From NCBI GenBank assembly GCA_038087875.1, contig JAXLNO010002577.1:62001-126000 (forward strand): 64,000 nt of DNA, in the 5' to 3' direction. Shown here piece after piece: positions 41,265-52,971 of this stretch (the stretch's first letter is position 1; each line of letters begins with the position of its first letter). Made by a program: the position numbers and the translations under genes. A model generated the notes under the pieces. It saw only the letters and a program-made list of their open reading frames with translations, did not search any database and was not told the origin of the DNA. Source of the DNA: Malacoraja senta. Lineage: Eukaryota.

Positions 41265-43170
41265 AACAGCAGGGAAGAAGTTATTTTTGAATCTGATGAA
41301 ACGTTCTTTCAAGCTTTTGTATCTTCTGCCTGATGGGAGTGGAGAGAAAAGAGAATGACCAGGATGCGTGAGTGGCCCTTGATTAGGTTGGCTGCTTTCC
41401 CAAGGCAGTAGATGGAATCGATGGGGAGGAAGGGCCGTTTGCATGGTGGACTGCTGTGTTCACAATACTCCACAAAGCAGTTACCATACCAAGCTCTGAT
41501 GCATCTGGCTAAGATATTTTCTATGGTGCATCTGTAGAAATTGTAGCATGATGGTGCAGCGATAGAGTCGCTGCTTTACAGCGCCAGGGATCCGGGTTCG
41601 ATCCTGACTACGGGTGCGGTCAGAATGGAATTTGTACATTCTCCCCATGACCTGCGTGGGTTTCTCTGGGTGCTCCAGCTTCCTCACACGCTCCAAAGAC
41701 GTACAGGTTTGTACGCCAATTAGCTTGGTAAAATTGTAATTTGTCCCTGATGTGTGTAAGATGATAGTGTTAGTGTGTGGGGATCGCTGGTCGGTGCGGA
41801 CCTGGTGAGCCAAAGGGCCCGTTCCCGCTGTGTTTCTCTAAACTAAACTAAAAAATTGTCAGAGTCATAGGAAACATGCAGAATTTCCATTGCCTTCTGA
41901 GGAAGTAGAGGCATTGGGGCATTTTCTTGGCCATTGCATCAGTGTGGTTGGACCAGGACAAATTGTTGTTGATTTTTATACCTTGAAGCTCTTCATGGTC
42001 TCCACTTCAGAATCATTGATGCTGACTGGGCATGTACTCCACTGCACTTCCTGAAGGCAAGGACCATCTCTTTTATTTTCATATCAACAAGGGAAATGTG
42101 TTGTTTTGACATCATGTGATTAAGCTCTCGATCTCCTTCCTCTATTCCGTCTCATTGAGATCCAATCATCTGCAAAGTTGCAAATGGAGTGAGAGAAGAA
42201 TTTGGACTCACAGTCGTGAGTGTATCAGGAGAATAATAAAGTGCTGACATTATTGCCTTACAGGGCACCGACATTGAAAATTATTATGCAGGAGGTGTTG
42301 TCACCTATCCTTATTGATTGCTGTCTATGGGTCAGAAAGTTAAGGATCACCTCTAACATCTCCTTCTGCAACTGGATCCTTAATTTTGTGATCCATAGAC
42401 TGCGATCAATAATGATAGGTGACAACAAATCCTCCATGACAATGTTCAATGCTGGTGCCCGGCTAGGTCCATGTGTTGGAACATAAGTATGGTATTATGA
42501 TGAAATTATAGTATTGAAAGTGGAGCTATAGTCCATGACTAGAAGTCTGTCATCGGTGTTTAGTTTAGAGATACAGTGCGGAAACAGGCCCTTCGGCCCA
42601 CCGAGTCTGCACTGACCAGTGATCCCCGCACATTAACATTATCCTACACACACCAGGGGCAATTTACGCATACACCAAGCCAATTAACCTACATACCCAT
42701 ACGTCTTTGGAATGTGGGAGGAAACCGAAGATCTTGGAGAAAACCCACGCAGTCAGGGGAATAACCTACAAACTCCCTAGAGCCAGCAGCCGTAGTTGGG
42801 ATTGAACCCGGATCTCCAGCACTGCAAATGCTGTAAGGCAGCAACTCTACCACTGCGCCACCGTGGCCGTGTTCTTGCAATCCAGATGATCCAGGGATGA
42901 ATGTAGGGCCAGGGAGATAATGTCTGCCCTGGTCCTGTTAAGGTGGTAGGTGAATTGCAGTGCATCAAAGCTGTTTGGAAGATTGGAGTTGATGTGCGCC
43001 ATCACCAATCGCTCAAAGCACTTCATAATGGTGGATGTCAGAGCCACTGGATGTGGGTCGATAGGGCATCCTACTTTATTTCCTTTGGTGCCAGGATGAT
43101 AGTAATCCTCTTAATGCAGGTGGAAACCTCAGATTGGAAATGGGAGAGTTTAAAGATATTTGAAATACTC
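41265..43170 (-). mobile_element. Rex1/Babar LINE remnant with two V-SINE insertions (41548-41850 +; 42558-42870 -)
   Basis: ALTSTIMKCFERLV..LQFTY, NFLTHRQQSIRIG, LPSGRRYKSL..RFKNNFFPAVI. Confidence 0.8.
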
Positions 43171-44324
43171 TAAACACTAAGGGAGCTATTTTCATGTTCA
43201 GAGACTAAACTTGACAAGCTTTTTCAAGTGAAATTAAGGTTTTAAAGCATTGGGGACACAAAATGCTGGAGTAACTCAGCAGGTCAGGCAGCATCTGTAG
43301 AAAACATGGATAGGTAACATTTCTGGTACAGACCCTTCCTCAGACACTTCTGAAAGCATTGTGGTTTGTTGGCTGAAAGAAAAGACTGATATTGTTTCCT
43401 ATTTCCTTGAGGTTTCTTCCATATCTGGCTAGAGAACAAGGCAGCATTCATGACAATACACGTGCATAACGAGATAAAAAGCTGAACAATCAAAAGAGAA
43501 TCGGGATATTGCAGCCACTCAAATCCTTTCGATGAAGTAAAACCAAAAGTTTTCATACTTGGAGATTTGTTGCTCAGCCCGAATACTCATGAAGATGAGA
43601 TTAGTTAATTGAACCATGAAAATCAGCCAACCTTTAATGCTAGGAAATAATTAAAGTATTGGAGAGTAGAACATGAATCACTGCTGGCCCATAAGCAAAA
43701 GTGAGAGTTAGCTTCACACCTCACCATCTTTGCAGTGCAATTTAATATGGCTCCTCTCATCAACGCCAACGGAGCAGCAAAAGGAATGGATATCAAGCTG
43801 ATTAAGTGCCCACATTACCCTTTTGAAGGTAAACTTGTGAGAGAACAAACTAATCCAACATTCTGAAGGAATACATTTTATTCATGACTTGCTTCGGATT
43901 GCAGCTAGCTACAAAAACAAATTTTATGGAAATATCTGCCGAAACTGTGTCATGAGCTCAAGTCATGAATAATCTATGTTGGGGTGGATTGCCTGCTCTA
44001 CATCCATTCCAAAATTGCAGTGAACAATTTTGATTTAACAATTTCCTTTCCAGTGAAGGCAAAGGGTGAGGATTTTTACTTGAGGTGGATATTTGAGGTC
44101 AAGATCAAATCTCAATATGCAATCTCCTTGCAAGGCCACAGTGTAACTACATCCTATACACATTGCCTGCAATACCAGGGTACAGAAATCAATGGCTTGA
44201 TCCTTTATGCATGTTTCTTTCAATCAATCGTGCCATTAGTCCGTCAGGGAAGTTAGGTACAAATCAGAAACAATGGTAATCTCTCCAATCTAAGCCAAAT
44301 TCATGGTATTAATGAGCAATGCAG

Positions 44325-44640
44325 CAGTGGTGCAGCTGAAAGAGCTTCTGCCTCACAACACCAGAGACCTGGACTCAATCCTGACCTCGGGTTGCTGTCT
44401 GTGTAGAGTTTGCACGTTCTCATTGTGTCTGCATTGGTTTCCTCCTCCTTCCCAAAGACACGCGGAGTTGTAGGTTAATTGAAATCTGCAAACTGTTGCT
44501 AGTGGATGTGAAAGTGGGATAACATAGAACTCATGTGAACAGGTGGTCGATGGTCGGCGTGGGTTCGGTGAACTGAAGGGTTTGTTTCTATGGTGTGTCT
44601 TTTAATCAATCAATCGATCAATAAAAACAAACTAAACTGA
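44325..44640 (+). mobile_element. V-SINE
   Basis: Same architecture as the 9265 copy. Confidence 0.7.
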
Positions 44641-44914
44641 ATCAAGTTAATTAGTCATTCGTGGTTCACAATATTGCTGCTTCTGAGCTGGAGTTCTTTT
44701 AAATGTTTCTTGTTACCCGGCATTGATTTCATGTTTCTTTTTGTACTGGCCACATGCACCAGATGAGATAAGTGGGTCAGGGTGAGATGAACCAACAATG
44801 GAGATGACTCCTCTACACCAGCATGCTAAAGCAGAGTGTCAGCAGCAACACCCGTATAGTACAGTAAACCATCGCAATGACAGAGTTCTACATCACAGAT
44901 TTCAGCTATGAGGG

Positions 44915-45452
44915 TGAAAGAGCTAATAGTCAAATCTAATATAGTTTACAAAATGGAGTCATTCTTCTACAAAAGCATGGTCTAGTAGAACAAAAGAATG
45001 GCTTGGTGCCAAGTCTGAATGACTTTGCAAATTATATGGAACACAATATGGAGGACAGGTTGTCTTTTTAATGAAGACATTAAGATGGAAACCAGCGTAA
45101 TAACATGTGCATCTTTCAAAGCCATAAAGAAGCCGATTGAAAAAAATAGCTGATGCTCCAGAGATAAGTAATAACTTGTCATTGGATGAGCTTGATTTGG
45201 ACCCAGCTTTTCCTATATTCTGAAAGGCTATAGAATCTTTCAGTCATGCCATATTCAGACTTGGTAGGAGTGTTTTACATAAGAAAAATGAATAATTGCG
45301 CTAACCTTCCTTTGTTCTGTGAGTGGGGCCCGAGAAGCACTGAGCAACGTTTTACCTCATTGTAGATCTTGCCACTCCCGTCTAACGAATCGATTAAAGA
45401 TTGCCATTTACAATTTTGTTGCTGTCTGCTTTTTAAGAGACGAACTTTGACA
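44915..45452 (+). repeat. 5' LTR (538 bp)
   Basis: TGAAAGAGC...TTTGACA with ATTAAA near 45394. Direct repeat of 53179-53729, with 6 mismatches in the first ~155 bp. Confidence 0.95.
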
Positions 45453-45454
45453 TT

Positions 45455-45472
45455 TGGCGTTAGTCGGCAGGT
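45455..45472 (+). promoter_or_regulatory. Primer binding site, tRNA-Ser type
   Basis: TGGCGTTAGTCGGCAGG versus TGGCGTAGTCGGCAGG, the complement of the vertebrate tRNA-Ser 3' end ..CCTGCCGACTACGCCA; one extra T. Confidence 0.8.
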
Positions 45473-45992
45473 ATCTCACTGGGACCAGCAACAGATGACT
45501 GAGTAAGCGGGTGGAGTTGACCGAGATCTGAAGGGGAGAAAACTGAGCTCTAGTTGGACCCTTTGAGTCCGACCTCCCGAAGAAGCTCCCGGAAAAAAAC
45601 TATGGTCCCTCAGTCTGAGGTTGATCTGGTTCCCAGACAAGATCCTTAGAAGCAGACTGCGAAGCTAAGACTACGTGTGTAAAGGATTGGCTTGCGTATT
45701 GAATTGGGTAAAGTAAAGGATTGTGCATGGAAGACAAAAATGTTTTTGTCACTAATGTGTATTGGAAAGACAAGGTGTCTTGAAAAGAAGTGTATTGAAA
45801 AGACAATGTGTCTTGAAGAGACAGTGTTTCGAAAATACTGTTGTGAATTTGCTACCAGAGAGAGTAGCCAGGATTGGGCATTACAGACTGCAAATATACT
45901 AATTTACTAATATAAAGGATTGGGCATAACAGGCTGAAAAAGTTTGTTACAATTTGTGTACTAAGTAAGTAGTGATTTGGAGATTGGATAGA

Positions 45993-46700
45993 CATGGGAA
46001 TAATTTGGATCAGAGTGACTGAAAGATGGCTGTACAACACATGTGTCATAAGAACAACAAGGATTATAGAATATTGAATTATAAATTGACCAAATGTTTG
46101 AGTGATGAATCTTGGCCAGTAGGAGGAAGAGGGAATGTGGAGACTATTGAAGGCAGAGAGAGAGAGAGAGAGTGAGGCAGAAAAGAAGCAAGAGGAAATG
46201 CGAGATAGAAGTTAGATGGGCAATGCTTGTAAAAGAGGGATTGAATTGAGGAATAAAGGCAGAACTATTAAAGGATGGAAACTACTTCAGATGGAATGCC
46301 AGTGGGCAGAGGAATAGGAGATATGGGCTAAGGCAGAGAAAAAAAGCACTATTAAGAGTTCGGAGAACAGCAATTAGTAGTTAAGAACAAACCCGGTACC
46401 AGTAAGTCCACTCGAGACACTATGTCTGGCATGGTGACCCTGTCTATAGAAGAGGGAGAACTCTGGCCAATCACAATCTGGATCACTGTTCAATCACAGC
46501 TCAGACCACTCCCATTTTGAACATTATCCCACCCACCATTACATTAAACCACTCCCTTTGTTCATTTTAACTTCTCACTCCAACAAGAAGACGACTTTTG
46601 CAAGCCCTCCCAGTCCCAGTTCACAAAGTCTCCCAGGGGAATGCCCTAGTTTGCGAATTCTGCACATTGGTCCCCACAGAAACAAAGATTATTTTAAACA
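45993..46700 (+). pseudogene. Degenerate gag relic
   Basis: Lies after the leader and begins ATGGG (MG start); WPVGG motif; many stops. Confidence 0.4.
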
Positions 46701-47559
46701 GAACGGCTCTGTCAGACAAGGGAGGGGAATGTAAAATTGATACAGAGGGATGCCTCTAATGTGCAACGTGATTTTTTTGGAAACGAGGGGGCTGAGCCAC
46801 TCTGACTCTGTACCTGATGTATTGTGACATACATCAGGTACACAAATTTGTGTACCTGATGTATGTTTTGCCCATTCTTTTGTACTAGTTTTCTTTTAAT
46901 GTTCGAAGGGAAGTATTTGTTCTAAACCAAAGCTCTCTCAAAGTGTTCTCGGATGTTCCAAGTTGTGTCCCTTATCAGACTTGATAGATCTTCCTGTTCT
47001 TTTGAGTTGTCACTCATCCAAGTTCTGTCCCTCATCAGACTAGAGGGCTCTCACTGTTCTTTTCAAGGCGATGCTGCCTAGATACTAGCAGCTCTATTTT
47101 CCTTTGTTCAGGATTTTGCTCTGTCTGTTTCATTTCTCCCAAAGCCTATCGGGATACTTGACATCCAGTCCCAGGCTATACTTATATATTCATATATATA
47201 TGTCCCTTTTTGGTGAAATAGTCTGTGTCAGATGAAATAGGATGTCATTGAATGAGCTTGCAATCTATGGAAATTTATTGTTTATTCTTTGTTTTCTCTT
47301 AACTTCAGTTTATTTTCTTCCTATTTCTTACCATTTGAGTTGAGTTCAAATAGAGACCTGAGTTCCACGATGGCCACGTGGCATCCAGGTAGATGTGTTA
47401 GATGAAATTACAGATGCCTTTATCTCAGAACAAAATCTGTTAATTTGAAATTGTAAATTTTAGAGATAGATTGGAACAATTGGGAATATTTTTAAATTGT
47501 TTTTTTTAAATAATAATCTATTTTTAAAGGGTCTGCCTTATAGGTAGTTAAAGAGTGAT

Positions 47560-47910
47560 CTCACATCTCCCACCACCCATAGAATTCTGAATTAGTTGAG
47601 GGAATGAATAGGACACTAAAGAGTGTGGAAGTTCGTTATGACCGACAGGCCCGCAGCGATGAATCAATTACATATGCACAGCAATTAAGCACAACCTTGT
47701 CAGTCTTGCATTCACAGGGATTGGAAACACAGAAGCCACTGCCAGTTAAACACAGACACAGTCCATACTACTGGGAGACTACGTACTGATAAGGTACTGG
47801 GATCGGACAAAATTGGGACTATGTTGGAGGGGACTGTACCAGGTGCTACTACGACACCAACCGCCTTGAAGATTGAAGATTACTCCCGTTGGAGACATCT
47901 GATACGATTG
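47560..47910 (+). pseudogene. Retroviral integrase relic
   Basis: HP*NSELVEGMNRTLK (catalytic-E region) and WRGLYQVLL-TTPTALKIE..W.H (GPY/F module, gammaretrovirus-like). Confidence 0.85.
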
Positions 47911-48017
47911 ACTGTAAATGGAGTAGAACCAAGAAAGGACAATGGGGCTATTGACCATCCTTTTTATCCTGTGGTTGGCCCAGATGGGCTGGACTTGGGG
48001 AACAACCCCTGCACCAA

Positions 48018-48068
48018 GACGTCCTGAAGAAGGCTGACAACTGTCCTTACGTTTATAACACTGACCAA
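48018..48068 (+). pseudogene. THBS2: Thrombospondin type-3 repeat fragment (left piece of the captured cDNA)
   Basis: Translates [17 protein letters not shown]; THBS2 has [17 protein letters not shown]. Confidence 0.75.
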
Positions 48069-48330
48069 GATGGATCCATTACCACAGGTTCTTGAAGTAA
48101 CCAGAAAAAGGTGGCAGCTTATCCCGGAGCTACAGACCGAGCTGAAACAGGTGAGAAATGTGCTCACCAATGCCCAGTCTGAAAATGAGCATCTCACTTC
48201 CATCACACAGCAGCTGAGGGAGAGCAATCAGGTTGTGGAGTTGAAAAGCCTTGATTTTGGAGTGCAACTCAGTTACAGAACTGTATTGAGGTAAATCCCA
48301 GCCGGGATCAAAGTGAGGAGCTGAGTTGGG

Positions 48331-48398
48331 ATGGATCAGATGGAGAAGGAAGAAGAATGCTGGTTTCACACGCTGATGGACAACTTGGGAGAAAGAAC
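48331..48398 (+). pseudogene. CRACR2A: CRACR2-family cDNA fragment (left piece)
   Basis: EEECWFHTLMDNLG resembles CRACR2A EEAQFRMLMDRLG and continues at 51894. Confidence 0.65.
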
Positions 48399-48759
48399 GA
48401 CTCCATTTGTGAAAAGAAACTACATTTGTGATGAATGTGGACAGACTTTCAAACAGCGGAAACACCTGTCAGTTCACCAAATGCTCCTTACTGGAGCAAA
48501 ACCGTTGCAGTGTGAAGTTTATGATTTCCAGTGCAGGCAAAGAGCATATTTGAAATACCATATGACTCAGCACAAGGCAGAAGCTGAACTTGAATTTGCT
48601 TGTGACCAATGTGAGAAGCGGTTCGAGAAGGCTCACAATTTGAATGTTCATATGTCCATGGTTCATCACTTGACCCAAAATACAGATAAAAACAAACCTA
48701 TTGAAATTGAATCAATTCAGCTAAGTATAGAAACATTAATTAAGCAGGAACCCAGTTAA
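48391..48759 (+). pseudogene. ZNF276: Processed ZNF276 C-terminal part (last three C2H2 fingers and stop)
   Basis: RNYICDECGQTFKQRKHLSVHQM..KPLQCEV..QCRQRA.LKYHMT.HKAE.EL.FACDQC.KRFEKAHNLNVHMSMVH; no introns. Confidence 0.92.
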
Positions 48760-48773
48760 TAGAATCCTAGCAA

Positions 48774-51700
48774 ATGGAAGGACTGTACAGGACTCTGATA
48801 ACAGAGGGGAAGAAGCTAGTTGGTGTTGTGGTGATGCAGGATTCCACTTTGCCACACTATATATGTAGGAACTGTCAAGCTCAGTTTTTTAAGTGTTGGA
48901 CTATCTTGAAAAACTTCATTCAAAAAGTGAATACTTCACCAGTAGCTTCAGTACAACATGGACAAAAGGCTAACAGATGTGTTGCAGCAACTGAAACATC
49001 ATCAGTGCAATCACTTTCACAATCTCCGTTAAGCAATTCTGTGTCTGGTGACTTTAAACAGATGTTAAACGACGGTGTCTTGGTTGCAAGTCCACAGGTT
49101 CTACAGATTTTGGTCACCTTGGCTCACCATCATGGTAGTAGCTGTGGATCTCAGCCACATGTACAGAGTGTTTTAACAGCAGAGTATCGAGGAGTAGTCG
49201 GCGCTGTGTGGGGGTGTCCAGAGGGCCACAGTTACATCCTGGACATGCATTCAAGTCGCAGCGTTGTTTTGAATGAGGGACAGTGCCCATCCAGTAGAAA
49301 TAAGGACTCAATGGAGGAAGTTCTGGATGGTTCAATAACCCTTTCACCTCGGAATGGAACAATGACTGAAAATGGTGAGGGTGATAATGTTGCGAAGCAT
49401 CAACCTGTCCCAGTGTTAGCAAACTTTCAGCCTTGTACATACAGTGGAGCCACTTCGCGGTCGGTGGATGTGAACAACTCGGAATCCCCATTGAAGAAGG
49501 ATATGTTCTTGCGCTCAGATCCTGAATATACAGAGTGCTCTTGGGAAAAAGTTCAGGTACAAGATGCAACTCAACCATTAAATGTGAAAAAAACAGTTAA
49601 CTGCAATGAAGCATCTTGTTCTATAAGAAATTATGTTGTGGACGGATTGGAGTCCAGTGATCTTTCTGAAAGATATTCATCAAGTGAAGATGACATAGAA
49701 ATAAAAGTTAAGAATGGCTCTTCAGATGAGTCTTTTCAACCATATTGGAAGAAGAAGAGTAATTTACCAGTTAAAAGGTCTGTCTCACTGTGCGAGTTGA
49801 CCCACGAGTGACCCCGAGTGAAAGACTCGTGGTTGCGTACGACACTACAAGTTTATGATCCAGAGTTTAACCGAGTTCCCACGGGTATGTCTAAGTTTGC
49901 CGTTTACTTCTCATTTCTGCGATGTTCCAAGTTCGTCTCCCGAGTGTACCAAGTTCCTCTCCCGTTAATCTTGAGGCAACAATGTATATCGAAGTGTTGA
50001 AAAATGATCACACGTTAAAAAAATGATGTCATGACAGCCAAAGAACGTAGAGACTATTGTGTTTGCTGCATGTGTTCTGCACAACCTGATCCGTATCAGA
50101 GGTGCAGCTTCAGGATCAGCAACAGCCATGCAGGACGGTGAGTTAGTGGACAGTCAAACAGGAAGAATAACACTAGGTGCGTGGAGGAGTGGTACAAACG
50201 ACGAGACTTTGGTGCCACTGCAGTGTTTTCGAGGTAACACGGGGACCAACAGTGCAAAAGAGCAGAGAGACCATCTCTGCTCCTACTATAATTCAGAATT
50301 GGGCAGTGTGCCGTGGCAGGACAGCTTATTTTGAGCGGCTGCCGACCACAGGTACATCACTGCATGAGGAGAGCCCACATGCAGAAAAATCCAGTTAATT
50401 TCATGTTTAGTTTAAATCCTGCTGACTTTTCATTGTTTAACTTTAAGTGTGGATTTTATTTTTTATTGTGGTGTAAAAGTAATTTCATTGCATCTGTCTT
50501 TCCTTTAAAACGTGGTTATCATGCATCTGCTTATCTGATTGTAGATCTCAAAACTTGTCATTTAGCGCATTGCATTGTATCTTTTATTGCCTGAATTTAG
50601 ACGTGCATTTCTCAGCTGAATTAGTATATAGTGGAAATACTTTTATTTGTGCTTCATTTGTTGATTTTCATGTATGAGAAGCCCTTTTTCAGACCACTGC
50701 GTTTTGCTGTGGTGCTTCACCGTGATATGGGTTTGCAGGAAATTACGCATATTTCTCAATATGCGCAAAAAAGCGTTTTTTATATTGAACAAGAATAAAG
50801 ACTTTGTTTCACATTCAAGACATTTGTTTCACATAAGACTTTGTCTTATTTTCTGATCTACTGAGAGGTGACAATTTTAAACATTTAAAAAGCACAGCAT
50901 ATGAGGCAGCTGTCCTTAAATCTCACAAATGATTGTGAGAATCAAGATGTGAATATATTTTGCCTTCCTCTATTTTGTGTTTTATGATGAAAGGAATATT
51001 ACATTCAAGTCATGAGACTTTGTAGTGATATTAAAATGAAGACTTCCAGACATCAATTTGATCTTGATAGCAAAGAACTCTCTTTTATTGTGCAATGAAG
51101 TAAACAAACAGTGAGAATCAAACAGATCAGCAAAAAGCTTTTCAACACAACACAACACAACACAAATTTATATATAAACTTCAAGCAATTTTTTCTTTTC
51201 AACCCACTCTGTCACCTTATCAATAACTTGTTTAACTTTGTTAAGCAGAATTTGTCTTTAAAAAGTCTAAGTAACTGATATTTCTGTCCCTGATTATTGT
51301 TTCTAAAAAGAGTTCCCACGGTAGAATCACGAGTCACAAAGTTAAACGCACGGGCCACTACGTTCTTACAACGAGTTTAAAATGTTTCAAATTTTAACCA
51401 CAAGAGTACATTTTACTCGTGGAAAAGTACAAACATGTTTGAACTTTTGCAAGAGTTAACAAGTTTCACGTGTACCTCCCGTTAGCGCCAAGAGTCGCTA
51501 AGTTGCGTCCACGAGTTCCGACGTTCCCGCTACGTTAATTGTACGTGATTACCACGAGTTAAATTTGTTTTAAACTCGGGGTCACTCCTGGGTCAACTCG
51601 CACAGTGAGACAGCCCTTTAAGAAGTGCAATATTAAGGATGTGAAGAAACAATCTGGAAAAAAACGTGGCCGGAAACCAAAGTCAAACTTGGAAAGGGAA

Positions 51701-51901
51701 GATTTCCCCACCATGTATCGATGTCAGTATAAGGGTTGCTGTGCTGTTTACAGAGGAGTTGACGGACTTAAGAAACACATAAAAGAGCAGCATGAAGAGG
51801 TGCATGAAAGACCTTTCCCCCACCCAGGATGTAACAAGGGAGTTTCTGATTGATCGCTACCTGCAGCTCCATGTAAAGCTAATCCATACAGAAGAAAGAA
51901 C
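48774..51901 (+). pseudogene. ZNF276: Processed ZNF276 N-terminal part (end of zf-AD, linker, first two fingers), split by a Harbinger
   Basis: LVGVVVMQDSTLPHYICRNCQAQF..VWGCPEGHSY..SSDESFQPY, then after 51621 EREDFPTMYRCQYKGC.AVYRG.DG.KKHIKE.HEEV.ERP.PHPGCNK, a frameshift, and FLIDRYLQLHVKLIHTEER. Confidence 0.92.
49775..51618 (+). mobile_element. PIF/Harbinger non-autonomous (deleted) transposon
   Basis: ~45-bp TIRs AAGG(T/G)CTGTCTCACTGTGCGAGTTGACCC, TAA TSD, and a transposase C-terminal relic ACVLHN..GAWR..RDHL..YNSELGSVPWQ (50059-50334). Confidence 0.92.
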
Positions 51902-52223
51902 ATCTTTACAGATCAGGAGAAAGTGCAAAGCCTCTGATCACAACTTCGGAAAGACAAACCACATTTGATCAACAATAGACAATAGACAATAGGTGCAAGA
52001 GTAGGCCATTCAGCCCTTCGAGCCAGCACCGCCATTCAATGCGATCATGACTGATCATCCCCAATCAGTACCCCGTTTCTGCCTTCACCCCATATCCCCT
52101 GACGCCGCTATTTCTAAGAGCCCTTTAGATATTTTGAAGCATTTTGAGTTCTATCATATGACCAAGGGTCTAGAGAGAGAGAAGCTGAATATTTTGAAAC
52201 AGATGGACCTCTTGAAAGAAATT
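51894..52223 (+). pseudogene. CRACR2A: CRACR2-family cDNA fragment (right pieces), split by a CR1 tail
   Basis: KNIFTDQEKVQSL*SQLRKDKPHLI..FEAF and [25 protein letters not shown] versus CRACR2A [31 protein letters not shown] and [25 protein letters not shown]. Confidence 0.7.
51972..52125 (-). mobile_element. CR1 3' end inserted in the provirus
   Basis: (CAATAGA)n tail followed by GGTGCAAGAGTAGGCCATTC; reverse complement of the 33290-33458 type. Confidence 0.9.
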
Positions 52224-52971
52224 ATACATAACCCTACCCAGGAAGACAATGACTCAGACCTGGTGGGTAATCAGTGTGATGACAATCAGGACATTGATGA
52301 GGATGGCAATGATGGCGTTTCTGATGAGAAGGACAATTGCTGTTTTGTTCCCAACCCTGACCGGATCGATGCCGATGGTGACAGCAGAGGAGACACCTGC
52401 AAGGACGACTTTGACAACAACATCCCAGATTTCTATGACATGTGCCCCGAGAACAGTGCCATCAGTGAGACTGACCTGAGGAAGTTCCAAAGGGGATGAT
52501 GCCGATCATTCCTAACTGGGTAGTGCGCAACAAGGGCAGGGAGTTACTGCAGATCGCCAACTCTGACCCTGGCCTTGCTGTCGGATTTGAGGAGTTCAAC
52601 GCCATCAACTTCAGTGGCACCTTCTATGTCAACACAGACCACAATCTACGGTGGCTTTGTCTTTGGCTTCCAGTCCAGCAGCCGCTTCTGGTGATGTGGA
52701 TGCAGGCCACCCAAACCTACTGGGAGGAGAAGCTGTCCAAACCCATGGATACGCTAGCGTCTCGCTCAAGGTGGTGAACCCCACCACAGGCCGAGAGGGG
52801 GGGAGGGGGGGAACACCTGTGCAACGCTCTCCGAAGAGACTCGCAACACCCTCAGACAGGTGCGAACTTTAAGGCACAACCCCAATACCGGATGAAAGGA
52901 TTACACCGCCTCCAGGTGGCACCTGATCCATTAACCCTAAACAAGCTTCATCAGGATGGTTGTCAATGAAG
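52224..52971 (+). pseudogene. THBS2: Processed thrombospondin (subgroup A, THBS2-like) type-3 repeats and TSP C-terminal domain
   Basis: [97 protein letters not shown]; intronless with frameshifts. Confidence 0.9.

Noticed and set aside
46900-47550. Additional inverted cargo or pol relic inside the provirus
   Set aside because: Only a short ~58-bp tandem duplication (46957-47063) is visible, and I could not assign any protein motif on either strand.
48331-51901. Functional ZNF276 gene locus
   Set aside because: Intronless, permuted, missing zinc ligands, interrupted by a transposon and located inside LTRs.
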